Below are positions 39,865 through 49,611 of a DNA stretch of 64,000 nucleotides, one piece after another (the stretch's first letter is position 1; each line of letters begins with the position of its first letter). This stretch comes from an uncultured virus (IMG/VR IMGVR_UViG_3300043786_001842). Taxonomy: Duplodnaviria; Heunggongvirae; Uroviricota; Caudoviricetes. The stretch lies in IMG/VR virus record IMGVR_UViG_3300043786_001842; one strand, given 5' to 3'. Both the position numbers and the translations under genes were made by a program. The notes beneath the pieces are model-generated. The model made no database searches. It was not told the origin of the DNA and saw only the letters and a program-made list of their open reading frames with translations.

Positions 39865-40589
39865 TTCCGCGCCTCCGGCGGCCTGTCCGCGCTCACGCGC
39901 AGCAATTCGGTTGTGTCGATGAGATCGCTCTTCAGGCCGGCGGCCAGGAGGATCGTGTCCATGTAGTTCAGGCCGGGCTGGTTCCTCGAGTCGCCCTTCA
40001 GATCGGCGTAGCGGACGAAGCCGTCCCGCTCCACCGCGTGATACATCTCCAGCCTCTTGTCCCTGTTGTCGGCGCGCGGCCCGAGGACCTCCCTCAGGAC
40101 GGCCTCGGCGCCGACGGTCTTCAGGGCGTACGCCTCCTCGTCCGCGACCCGGCCGATCGCATCGCCGCCGGAGAGCTGGCCGGTCAGCGGGTTGCGCTTC
40201 TGGGCCTCGGTGCTGTATGACGTCTTCTTCGCGAGGATCTGCTGCAGCCGGCGGACGTGCATCCAGCCGACCGGGACCCTGTTCCGACTGCGGTACTCCT
40301 CTCCCTCGTGGTTGAAGTACACGTACTGGTGGAGCTCGACGCCGACGAGCTTCGCGGCCTTCTCGATCTGGGAGAGTCCGGGCTCATTGTGGAATTGCTG
40401 GACGTCCAGGTAGAAGTGGCGGTCCTCGTCACTCTCCATGTCCTTCAGCCACGCCTCGAACTGGGCCGCCGACATGCCGGCGAACTGCTTCTTGTACGTC
40501 ACGGCGTTGGCGCCGGTGGCGTCGAGAGTTCCCATGACATCGAGGACGAGCGCCTCGATCTTCTTGCGTTTAGCAGGTGTTAGTGGCAT
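39861..40589 (-). CDS. Second RNA polymerase beta C-terminal fragment (probably virion RNAP)
   Basis: VPVGWMHVRRLQQ, RNPLTGQ, GRVADEEAYAL..GA..VLRE and RADN align to the last ~240 aa of beta. Confidence 0.8.
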   Translation of the reverse strand: MPLTPAKRKKIEALVLDVMGTLDATGANAVTYKKQFAGMSAAQFEAWLKDMESDEDRHFYLDVQQFHNEPGLSQIEKAAKLVGVELHQYVYFNHEGEEYRSRNRVPVGWMHVRRLQQILAKKTSYSTEAQKRNPLTGQLSGGDAIGRVADEEAYALKTVGAEAVLREVLGPRADNRDKRLEMYHAVERDGFVRYADLKGDSRNQPGLNYMDTILLAAGLKSDLIDTTELLRVSADRPPEARK

Positions 40590-40632
40590 TCCGGTAACTC
40601 CAAAAAAAAAACGGCGCCAACGGCGCCGCTTG

Positions 40633-42569
40633 TTACTTCCTACCGCTGAGGAGGGCCACAGGGCCCTCCTCGGTTTCTATGATGCCGAAACCTTGACTGA
40701 ACTCGATTCTGTCACAGCTGGGGGCCACCCTCAGCGAACGCTTCACTCCGTTCGCTTCCCTCCCAAATAGCACACAACCTTCCTTTATTTCCCACTCCAC
40801 CAATAGAGTGGTCATGACGCGGCTGTCGATCTCCAATTTTACTGACATTCGAATCTCCTACGACAGAGCGTCCGGACCATCCGGTTTCGCTTGTCTGACA
40901 GAGAAATGATATCGGGCCGAGCGGTAGGGGTTTTACGTACCAGAATTACCTTGTGTATATAGGCTTGGAATTTCATGGATGCAACATCGAGGACGAGTGC
41001 CTCGATCTTCCTGTTGGCATAGTGTTTCCAAGAAAAGAGGGGTCCAGGCCCCTCCCTCCTAATGCAGCACTAGGAGCTTCAGCTCCCGCCGCATTTCAAC
41101 ATCGATTCCGACGTTCCGGAGCCGGCCGTAGACCTCGCGGCCGCAGCCGGTCGGGTCGTACACCAGGAGTTGCTCCTGGTGGCCGTGATCGTCCATCGCC
41201 TCTATATGGAGGACAGATCCCTCCAACCACACCGCCAGAAGCGGCCACCCTGTGTGGTGGTGGACAACCGCCCCGATATTCTTGAGCATGTCGTCCCGGG
41301 ACTCATCGCCATCCCAGTTGAGCAGTGTATCCATTTCCATCTCCTACGACAGAGCGTCCGGACCATCCGGTTTCGCTTGTCTGACAGAGAGATGATATCG
41401 GGTCAAGCATCGGGGGCCACACGCCCGTGCCAAATTGCGCTTCTAAAAGGGGCTACCACCTTGTGGAACTGGAGTTCACCAGTGTCGATAGAGAGGGCTC
41501 TGGCGGCGAAGGTCTCCTCCACCAGGATGCGAAGCATCTCCGTCTCTGCGCCGAACTGGATTGCGCCGAGGTGCGTGCCACTCTCGTCGTGGAAATGGTA
41601 TGTCGTCTGATCGACGCTCACCGCATAGAACGCCGCGCACAGCATCTCGATCGTTTCTATCACAGCACTCTCCTTGCCAAATAGCTCAAGAGAATGATAT
41701 TGAACACAGCATTATTTCAGATGTGTTCTTTATAGAGACCGTATCACGACGTCGAGCTCACGAACTCCAGCTTCTTCACCGGGATGTCCTCCGGCCGGTC
41801 GTAGAACCCGCTGGTGCAGCGGTGCGTGTACGCGATGTACCCGCCCTTGGCGCCCTTCTTCTTGGGCTCGAAGTAGGCCACGGTGCACTGGAGCTTGTCC
41901 TTGGGCACCCTCAGGCGAGACGACTCCTCGCGCGTCAGGCTGCGCCTCTCGTACTTGTCCAGCCACGACGCCTCCTCCAGCATCTCGGGGTCGAAGTTGG
42001 CCTCGCGGAGGCTCTTCCGATTGACGGCGTTCTTGCCGAAGATGTGCCAGGCCTTGCCGTAAAGGACGTGAGCCCAGCTCTGACCGTAACGCTTTTTGAA
42101 CTCGTCCTTGTGCTTCATGATCCACTCCTCAGCACCGGGCGCGTCGGGGGCCTCCTCGGCGAGGACGTCGGCCGCGCACTCTATGGCAAGGAACAACTCC
42201 GCATCGATCTCATAGAGTTCCGTCATTGTCCCTCGGCTCCTCATTCTCTTCCAGTATCGAGCGCTTCCACCGTTTGTTGGCGACGCACGAGGCGGCGGCC
42301 CAGTAGTAGCCCTCGATTAGACCATCGGTTTCCACGAGACCCGTGATGCAGGTCTCCAGCGAGGTTTCGATGGCGCAGATGGCTGCGCTGCCGACTCGCC
42401 GCTCCGACTCAATCTTGCACGCAAGATTGATGACCGAGCTGAATTTATCCTCCAGCTCTCGCATCGCCCTCTGCATTTTCGTTTCCGCCTCTTCGAATGC
42501 CGCCGGCACCTCGCATTCCGAGCAGCCCGGCTTCAGCCGCTGCCCTTCCACGACAAGTTTGAAGGTCAT
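40633..42569 (-). CDS. Small hypothetical ORFs (40633-40848, 41059-41340, 41403-41663, 41744-~42226, 42210-42569)
   Basis: Several have their own promoter motif, RBS and terminator. Confidence 0.55.
40853..41402. repeat. 64-bp direct repeat (40853-40916 and 41339-41402) containing promoter motif and RBS
   Basis: atctcctacgacagagcgtccggaccatccggtttcgcttgtctgacagagaRatgatatcggg, one mismatch. Confidence 0.92.
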
Positions 42570-42925
42570 TCGATCGATTCCTCTGTCATTTTCTGCACTT
42601 CCGTTGTGATAAGTTCTGCAATTCGATCAAGATGACACGGCCTCGGGGCACACCAGCACCGGAGGGCGATCGACTCGCCGGCTGCGACCCGGCGGGCCAG
42701 GTCGTCGATCGCCCTGAAGATCGGGCCGCGGCGCACCATGTCGCGTGTCACCATTGCGTTGTACTTGCTGATGCATGCGGCACGCGCCGCGTCATCCAAA
42801 TGGTCATGGAGGGCGAACGGGTTCCCGAGGGCCGCGTTCGTCCTGTCCCCGTCTATCACGGTCTCGCCAGGAGCAGCCGCCACGCCGCCCTTTCGTCGGC
42901 TGACGACGCGGACGGACCCGCTCAT
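42566..42925 (-). CDS. DUF4326-like protein
   Basis: GNPF and L.CWCAP.PCH motifs. Confidence 0.75.
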   Translation of the reverse strand: MSGSVRVVSRRKGGVAAAPGETVIDGDRTNAALGNPFALHDHLDDAARAACISKYNAMVTRDMVRRGPIFRAIDDLARRVAAGESIALRCWCAPRPCHLDRIAELITTEVQKMTEESIE

Positions 42926-44166
42926 TTCTTCGTCGGGTACAGGATGCCCCGGGCGTGGGTCTTCCAGCTGTCGGGATACGCCATTCGCAAATCCACCATC
43001 GCGGAGAACCGGCGGAAATCGATCGTCACGTTCGGGTCCTTCGCCATCGAGTCGATGAGGAAGTCGTACACTTCCTGCTTCACCTTCAGGTCGACCTCCG
43101 GGCTGATGTATTGCAACATCAGCCCGAGGCTGTCTTTCAGCTGCTCGTTCGTGAAGTTGACCGCTACGGACTGGGTCCGGGACAGCAGCGCGCTGTCGAT
43201 CCGCGCCTTGTTCGTGATGATGATGATGCGGCCGTTGAACTCGAAGCGGCTCGGAAGCGGCTCGGCGGAGGCGGAGTAGGCCGTGAGGTTCGGCATCGCC
43301 ACGATGCGGATCGGGTACGAGTCGAGCGCGGCCTTCAGCAGGTTGATCACGTTCTCGTCGGACAGCGCCGAGTCGAAGTCGTCGAAGACGATGATCTTGC
43401 CGTTGTACTTGTAGAGCGTCGAGTAGATGATCTTGATGTTGTCCTCGGCACTGGCGGAGGATCCCTTGACGATCGTGTAGTCGCGCTCCGGCCTCAGGTT
43501 CGAGAAGAACAGCGTGCGCCGGACGATGTACGTCTTCGACGTGCCGGGCGACCCGTAGAGGATGACCCCGCGGCTCTTGCCGTTGATGAGGTTGTGGATG
43601 TAGGCGACGGTCGTTTTGTAGATGTCGAAGGCGGCGTCATCCTTGCTCTGACCCTTGAACAGGAACTGGTTGAGCCGCTGCTCGGCCACGACCTTGGCGT
43701 GCTCCTCGTCGCGACTCGCCACCGCGCTCCCCCAGATCCATCTGCCCATGAATACCAGACCGATGAGCGATGTCAGGATGGACGTGGCGAGCATGAACGT
43801 CGATAGGGCTTCCTCGCCAAGGATGCCGCGGCGCCGCGCGGGGGCAGCCAGTGACGCCAGGAGTTCGGCGGTCGGCGCCGGACTTTCCAGGTACGCCGTC
43901 TTCGTCGGCATGTGGCCGTCGTAGCCCACCACGCCGTCGAGCGTCCCGAAGGAGGGATCGGCACTGAGGAACTCTACGGTCTCCAGCCTCTTGCCGTGCT
44001 CGACGATGAAGCGGGCGAAGTGGTACTTCCGGGCGCGAGACTTGACTGGGCGCACGCCGGCCTCGACGAGGCGGACGGAGGTGGAGCCTTTCCCGAGGGG
44101 CGACTCTGCGATCAATTTCTCCATCGGAGATCGCATCCCTGCGGATGCTTCGGTCAGGAATAGCAT
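42922..44166 (-). CDS. AAA+ ATPase with internal transmembrane segment
   Basis: GSPGTSKT Walker A, IVFDDFD Walker B, NLLKAALD, IIITN, ALLSR, and hydrophobic FMLATSILTSLIGLVFMG. Confidence 0.8.
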   Translation of the reverse strand: MLFLTEASAGMRSPMEKLIAESPLGKGSTSVRLVEAGVRPVKSRARKYHFARFIVEHGKRLETVEFLSADPSFGTLDGVVGYDGHMPTKTAYLESPAPTAELLASLAAPARRRGILGEEALSTFMLATSILTSLIGLVFMGRWIWGSAVASRDEEHAKVVAEQRLNQFLFKGQSKDDAAFDIYKTTVAYIHNLINGKSRGVILYGSPGTSKTYIVRRTLFFSNLRPERDYTIVKGSSASAEDNIKIIYSTLYKYNGKIIVFDDFDSALSDENVINLLKAALDSYPIRIVAMPNLTAYSASAEPLPSRFEFNGRIIIITNKARIDSALLSRTQSVAVNFTNEQLKDSLGLMLQYISPEVDLKVKQEVYDFLIDSMAKDPNVTIDFRRFSAMVDLRMAYPDSWKTHARGILYPTKK

Positions 44167-44257
44167 GTGGTGGTTCCAAAAAAGAGAGAAGGGGAAGACA
44201 GCCCGCCGAGCCAGACGGGCTGCCGGGATCTAGCGAGAGAACGCGATTCCGTCGGGC

Positions 44258-44287
44258 TCAGACAGCCCAGTCGAAATCGCCACCCAT
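44258..44287 (-). CDS. Putative leader peptide MGGDFDWAV
   Basis: AAGGAGG Shine-Dalgarno, promoter motif at 44323-44330 and downstream terminator hairpin. Confidence 0.45.
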   Translation of the reverse strand: MGGDFDWAV

Positions 44288-44352
44288 TTTCGGCCTCCTT
44301 TCGTCGAGTTACAGGTCGAAAGAATAATATGGCACTGAGTGGGTGGGCAGAC

Positions 44353-45546
44353 TCAGCTGCGGAGCTGCATGAAGACGACGAACAGGAGGTACAGGCCCTT
44401 GCGGAAGGAACCCCTGGTGGCCTCGCGGTTCGTCCTCATGTAGTTGGGGGAGTGTGTGCGCAAGAGCTCGTCCAGGATCTGCTTCACCCGCTCGATCCTG
44501 CCGTCGATGGTGTTCGACCGCGCGTACACCGCGTTGGCGAACAGCAGGAAGTTCCGCGTCTTGAATCCCTCGGGTCCGGTCTTGCTCTCCTCGAAGAAGA
44601 GCTCGGATATCAGGCGGAAGATCTCGCGGATCGGGTCCGCGCTCCCGCCGCGGATCTCGTTCGCGGCCAGGAGGAGGCTCTGGCGCGGCGTGTCGGCCAT
44701 TTGGGCGGCGATGTCCACGGCCCTCGGCGGGAGCGGCTCTCCGAAGAAGGCCTCCGCGAAGCGGTCCGTGGCCGCGTCGACCTTTCCGCCGTCGGTCTCG
44801 CGCTCAGCCAGCTCGCCGTCGTCGTGCCGGTCGCGGGACTGGTTCAGGTACGCGCCCTTTGCGCGCGTCTGCTCGTACTGGTTCTTCAGCGACTTCACCA
44901 TCCCGTTCAGGCGGCTCCACATGGACACCAAGTAGGTCCGCAGCGAGAGGTCGTCCCCGGCACGCAGCTGGGGCGCGTACTTCTCGTGGCTCCGCCACGC
45001 GATCGCCAGGATGGCCGCGAACATCGTACCCTCCTGCTTCAGCGTGAACTTGTCGCTCAGCGTGTGCATCGCGTAGCCCATCGCGTTCTCCTGGTGGAAG
45101 CGCCTGAAGAACTTGTACTGGAGGCCCGGGCCGCCGTAGAAGAGCACCGCCAGCATCATGACGAGCATCTTCATTTCCTGCTCGGGGCGACGGGACGCGT
45201 CAAAGTACCTCAGGGCGAGGAGCGTGGCCCAGAAGTACGGCTTCGTGACGATCCTCCACGACGCCCCGATCACGGGACAGTCTCGGATCGTCTTTCGGAG
45301 TTCGTCCTCGGAGACACCGATGTGGGTGTAGATCGGGTCCAGGTCGTCGGGGCCGAAGTACACCGACTCGCCCGGGTGGTTGACCTCGAGCTTGGCCATG
45401 ACCCGGTCCGAGCCGATGAACTGCTGCACGTGGCCGAACACGCGCCCGGCCCCTCCCCCTCCGAGGGCCTTCGCCACAGTCGGGTAGTGACGAGTGAGGA
45501 AGAGCTTCGAATCAGTGGGATCTGTCATTACCGCCTCGTGTTTCAT
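44353..45546 (-). CDS. Hypothetical alpha-helical protein
   Basis: 397-aa ORF with no recognised motif. Confidence 0.7.
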   Translation of the reverse strand: MKHEAVMTDPTDSKLFLTRHYPTVAKALGGGGAGRVFGHVQQFIGSDRVMAKLEVNHPGESVYFGPDDLDPIYTHIGVSEDELRKTIRDCPVIGASWRIVTKPYFWATLLALRYFDASRRPEQEMKMLVMMLAVLFYGGPGLQYKFFRRFHQENAMGYAMHTLSDKFTLKQEGTMFAAILAIAWRSHEKYAPQLRAGDDLSLRTYLVSMWSRLNGMVKSLKNQYEQTRAKGAYLNQSRDRHDDGELAERETDGGKVDAATDRFAEAFFGEPLPPRAVDIAAQMADTPRQSLLLAANEIRGGSADPIREIFRLISELFFEESKTGPEGFKTRNFLLFANAVYARSNTIDGRIERVKQILDELLRTHSPNYMRTNREATRGSFRKGLYLLFVVFMQLRS

Positions 45547-45574
45547 CGTTTTACATCATAAGATTGTTGCCGAG

Positions 45575-45609
45575 AAAAAAAGCGAGAAGGGCGTCTGCCC
45601 TTCTCGCTC
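45575..45609 (-). terminator. Intrinsic terminator
   Basis: AGCGAGAAGGGC/GCCCTTCTCGCT stem plus T-run on the - strand. Confidence 0.75.
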
Positions 45610-47093
45610 ATGCGACCGCCTCCTCCCAGAGGTTGTACCCCCCGTTGGCGAGGCCCCACTGCCGGGCCATCTCGGACTTACTCATCCGGCCCTTGCCCCT
45701 CTGACCACGGTAGACCTGTAGGCGGTCGATGTACTCCATCATCTGAGAGGGGCCACTGAACTCCCGCATCCAGCGTTGGAAGAGCTCGTGGGTCGCCAGA
45801 TCGTCGCGCCACATGTCCTCGATCGCCCAGATCATCGCCCTTTCGGACACTGCGCCGTTGGCGTAGATGGTGTATGTGTTGCCGGTGGCCACCGTTCTAG
45901 TGTCCAGCTTCCCGAGCGCCCGCCGGATCAGCACAAAAAGGGCGTTCGAGTAGCGCTCGTAGGCCTTCATGTTCTTCTTGCCGCGGACGGCGCCCCTCAG
46001 CTCTTCCTGGGTGAGGACGTCCACGAGCCCGCTGGTGGCGACGACGGTTGTGTACTGGATCACCAATTCCGGAGACGTGAGTGGGACGTGCGGCGGCGGG
46101 AAGACCACCGGCGGGACGGAGTCCAGGGGCCCCTCGGACAGCGGGTTCACGAAGTTCACGAAGGCCAGCAACCTGAGCCACTGGTCAGGCTCCAGCCGAT
46201 CGTCGACCATGATCCTGCCGATGATGTCCTCCGGCTTCATCGTCCACTTGATCTGGTTCGCCCGGGAGCTCATGACGGCGAGGTTGGTCGTCGCGTACCC
46301 GCCGTCGTTCCATATGCGGTCGACTGACCAGTCGGTGTCCCGCCCCGTCCCGTGCGTCAGCTCGACGCGCGTGATCGGGCAGTACTTGACGTCGATCGAT
46401 CGCAGGAAATCCGGGGTCACCCCTGGGTCGAACAGGCGGTTCCGTTTGAACGCTCCGAGGCGGAGCTGCAGCCACTTCTTCACGAATCGGTCGTACTGCT
46501 TCGTCCGCCCGGCGAACTGGTGGGCGGCGGCGCGCGCTCCCTCCAGGATGGGGGCCGGGGCGTCCGGTGCGGGAACGATGCCGTGAATGCCGTAGTCCCA
46601 GCCAATCGCGAACCCCTCCTCGCGATGGGGTTCCATCTCAGCTCTCCTCGTCGAGTGGCGGGATGTGGTACCGCTCGGTGAGGTCCTGCGTCAGGTCGGG
46701 AAACGCCTTGATGAGTCGGGCGAGCGCCGCGGCGTGCTCCTCCCAGTCGTGCGAGTGGATGTCGCACTGCTTGTAGGCCAGGAGAGAGCCGTGCAGGGTC
46801 TCGGCGGTGAGCAGGATGGCCTCGGACTCCTCGAGCGTCAGCGTGGTCTCCTGCCCGCTGCCGGCGACCGCCTGGAAGTGCGTCTCGATTTCTTTGCCCA
46901 TCCACTCCGCCGTCTGCTGCCACATCGCGCCGTTGATCATGTTGCCCGCCGCCGTCGTCGGTGGCGAGGTCGCGACGAGCTGTGCGAATCTCGCGACGGC
47001 CTCGAGCACGAAGACCTGGGCGAACGGGCCGACGGGAGAGAAGCTCATGATGCGTTTGATGAACTGGATGTTGGTTTCTTTACTGCGCGGCAT
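45608..47093 (-). CDS. Two hypothetical proteins (45608-46636 with CPIT...WSVDR HNH-like segment; 46638-47093)
   Basis: Packed ORFs with RBS. Confidence 0.6.
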
Positions 47094-47124
47094 TTGATTG
47101 CCTCCTTTCGATGTTGGTAGCGCC

Positions 47125-48399
47125 CTACAGGACGCAGGTGGCGCCGATCTCGAAGACGAGTTTGTCCGTCACGGCCTTGCGGAGCTCGCCAATGGCATAC
47201 TGGTCCCCGGCGGCGGCCTGCCCGAGGGCGAAGATGATGGCCTCAATGTCGTTCTGGAAGTCACCGCCCTCGTCATGACGCTGCAATTCGAAATACGCTT
47301 CGCCGACCGCAAGCAGCCCGAGCTCTCCGGCTTCGCGCGCTGCGAAACCGCCGCAGCGGGAGGCGAAGAAGGACTGAGGGTCCGATTCCGCCGAACTGAT
47401 TACCGATCGGGTCCCCGACACGGTAGAGCCCTTCTCCGCCAGCCACGATTGGAGCGTGTCGATGCTGCAGATGAAACCGGCAGCCCCCGCGTGGCCGCCC
47501 CCGCCCAGGGCCACCGCCAGGGCCTCGACGTCGTAGCCGCCCCTCGAGCGCAGGCTGACCTTCACGAGGCCGTCGGCCATCTGGTACCAGACGAGACCGA
47601 ACGTCTCCGACGTCTCCGCCAGAATGGTCCCCGCCTCGCTGCTGAAGTTAGAAGACATGTTGGCCGCGAGGCCGAAGTGCCGTCGGGAGGGCTGGCCGCC
47701 GTCGGGAGAGACGGGGATGGGAAGCTCCAGCATGATCCCCGACGTGCTGTCCCTCAGCAGTCCTCTGGCCTGCTGCTGGAAGTAGCGCTCGATGGCTCGG
47801 CCGTCAGCGATGAAGTCGCTCAGTGCGGGGCTGCCTTCCTTCAGAGCATGGCAGAGATGGTCCCAGACCTCGAACCTGCGCTCTATGGAGCGCAGGTTCC
47901 GGACGAACGCGCGAGTCGAGTCCAGCCGGTGGCGCCACAGGTCGTTGTCCTCGATGTACTGAATGAGGAGCGGGACCTCCGTCCCGGGATGGAAGAATTC
48001 CCACGCCAGCCTCGCGCCGGATTTCGTGTCGTCCAGACGGATGAGGGACGTCATGTCATCGCCGCCGCGCGTGTAGAGCATCCCGCGCTCGTACCGGCCG
48101 CAGATCCTCTTGAACGCCGTTTTGTGGTGGTCCAGCAGGACGAAGCTGCGCGCGCTGTAGATGGCCCGCTCCGTGTCATCGGCCGGGAAGCTGAAGTCCA
48201 GCACGTACAGGCTCCGACCCTCGAAGAGGTCGTGAGGTATCGGGTCGTCGTACGTCATCGGCAGATAGTCGGCATCGTCTCCGAAGCGCTTCCAGGCTGC
48301 GAAGGCCGCGCCGAAGCCGTCGTCGCACGGGTCGTGGTACACGACGAGAGGCCGCCCGGCCGTCGTCGTAGGTGGAATGACATCTTCGTATTGTTCCAT
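47125..48399 (-). CDS. DHH/DHHA1 phosphoesterase
   Basis: YH..CDDG, LDFS, LDHHKTA, SGARLAW, D.DLW, VSLRS and GGGGHAGAAG. Confidence 0.88.
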   Translation of the reverse strand: MEQYEDVIPPTTTAGRPLVVYHDPCDDGFGAAFAAWKRFGDDADYLPMTYDDPIPHDLFEGRSLYVLDFSFPADDTERAIYSARSFVLLDHHKTAFKRICGRYERGMLYTRGGDDMTSLIRLDDTKSGARLAWEFFHPGTEVPLLIQYIEDNDLWRHRLDSTRAFVRNLRSIERRFEVWDHLCHALKEGSPALSDFIADGRAIERYFQQQARGLLRDSTSGIMLELPIPVSPDGGQPSRRHFGLAANMSSNFSSEAGTILAETSETFGLVWYQMADGLVKVSLRSRGGYDVEALAVALGGGGHAGAAGFICSIDTLQSWLAEKGSTVSGTRSVISSAESDPQSFFASRCGGFAAREAGELGLLAVGEAYFELQRHDEGGDFQNDIEAIIFALGQAAAGDQYAIGELRKAVTDKLVFEIGATCVL

Positions 48400-48451
48400 G
48401 GTTTTCCTTAACAAGAAGAATTCAATTTGACCGTAGTGTTACACGAGGCCG

Positions 48452-49566
48452 TCAGTGCTTTCCAGATTGCCCCGCCTCGTTTCGTATCAGGGCCAGGTAC
48501 TTGCGCCTGCCTGCTAGGAGCTCGTGCAGAAAGACCTTGTTGCACGATCTCAGTGCGCTCGGCTCCTTCACGTAGAAGCGAGTTGCGACCCACGTGTACT
48601 TGTGGCCGTGGTCCATGTCGTATCCATCAATCCGCTCGCTGTGGAGTGGATAGATCTTCTTTTCGAAGTACAGCGAGAATCGCGCGATGTCCTCTGGTGG
48701 CGTCAAGACTCCGTCGATCAGGTGTTCGCCGCCACCCCACCCACCCGAAAGTTGGTACTTCACAGTGTTTTTTTGGCACGCTGTGCTCCTTGAATTGTGA
48801 CTGTCCGCCGATCAGACGTCGGTGACGCCGATCGGAGATTCCGACGTGAGAATGAATTCGAAAGTGACATCCTGATGGATCTCCTGCATTTCTTGCATGA
48901 AGGCCTCTCTGGCGGCCTCTGCCGTCATCTGCTCGAAGCCGCGCCCGATCAGTAGTACTTCGCCGCCCGTCTCCGCGCGCCCAAAAACCATCAAGTAATT
49001 GTGATACACCATAGCATGACCCTCATCATCAACTCGCAGCGCCTGCGTCTCTGCTGAAGTACTTCCACAGGCTGAACTCACCGCAGGACGAGAACTCGCC
49101 CCGGTTGAGGCGGACGACGAGCGGGGGCTCCCGCCCAGTCGCGCGTGCGACAGCCTCGAGCATCTCAACGGACGACGGGTGGAGGTCGCCGCGGCGGTCG
49201 TGCCACTCCACCAGATCCTTGAAACTCGGCATGGCCCGCTCACTCGCCCTGTTGGACGGAGTAGACTAGCCAATTCATATCGTGGAGCTCGATAGCACAC
49301 ATCGCGATCCTTTCTTCATCATCCGCCATTGCGAGGAGCGACCCCTTAGACTCGCATACTATCTGATCCAGGGCAAACCCCGTCTCGCGTGAGATGATGT
49401 TGAACCCCATCTGAATCAGCTCCCAGCCGGTATTGGCCGGACCGAGTCCGGCCGGGGAAGTCTGCAACTCACTGAGTGGTGGGAATCCCATGCCGGACTC
49501 GATCGCGGCGTAGCGCACACCGGGTCCGACGGTTGGGAGGTAGACGGCATCATTTGCGTTCATCAT
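48452..49566 (-). CDS. Small hypothetical ORFs (48452-48763, 48812-~49012, 49029-49232, 49240-49566)
   Basis: Consecutive short - strand ORFs. Confidence 0.5.
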
Positions 49567-49611
49567 GCTTCTCCAATAGACGGCCCAGGCGAGATCTCGC
49601 CCGGGCCAATT

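Noticed and set aside
45551..45570. AR9-like late promoter AACA-N6-TG upstream of the 397-aa gene
   Set aside because: Only one clean instance and a few weak variants, too short to support.
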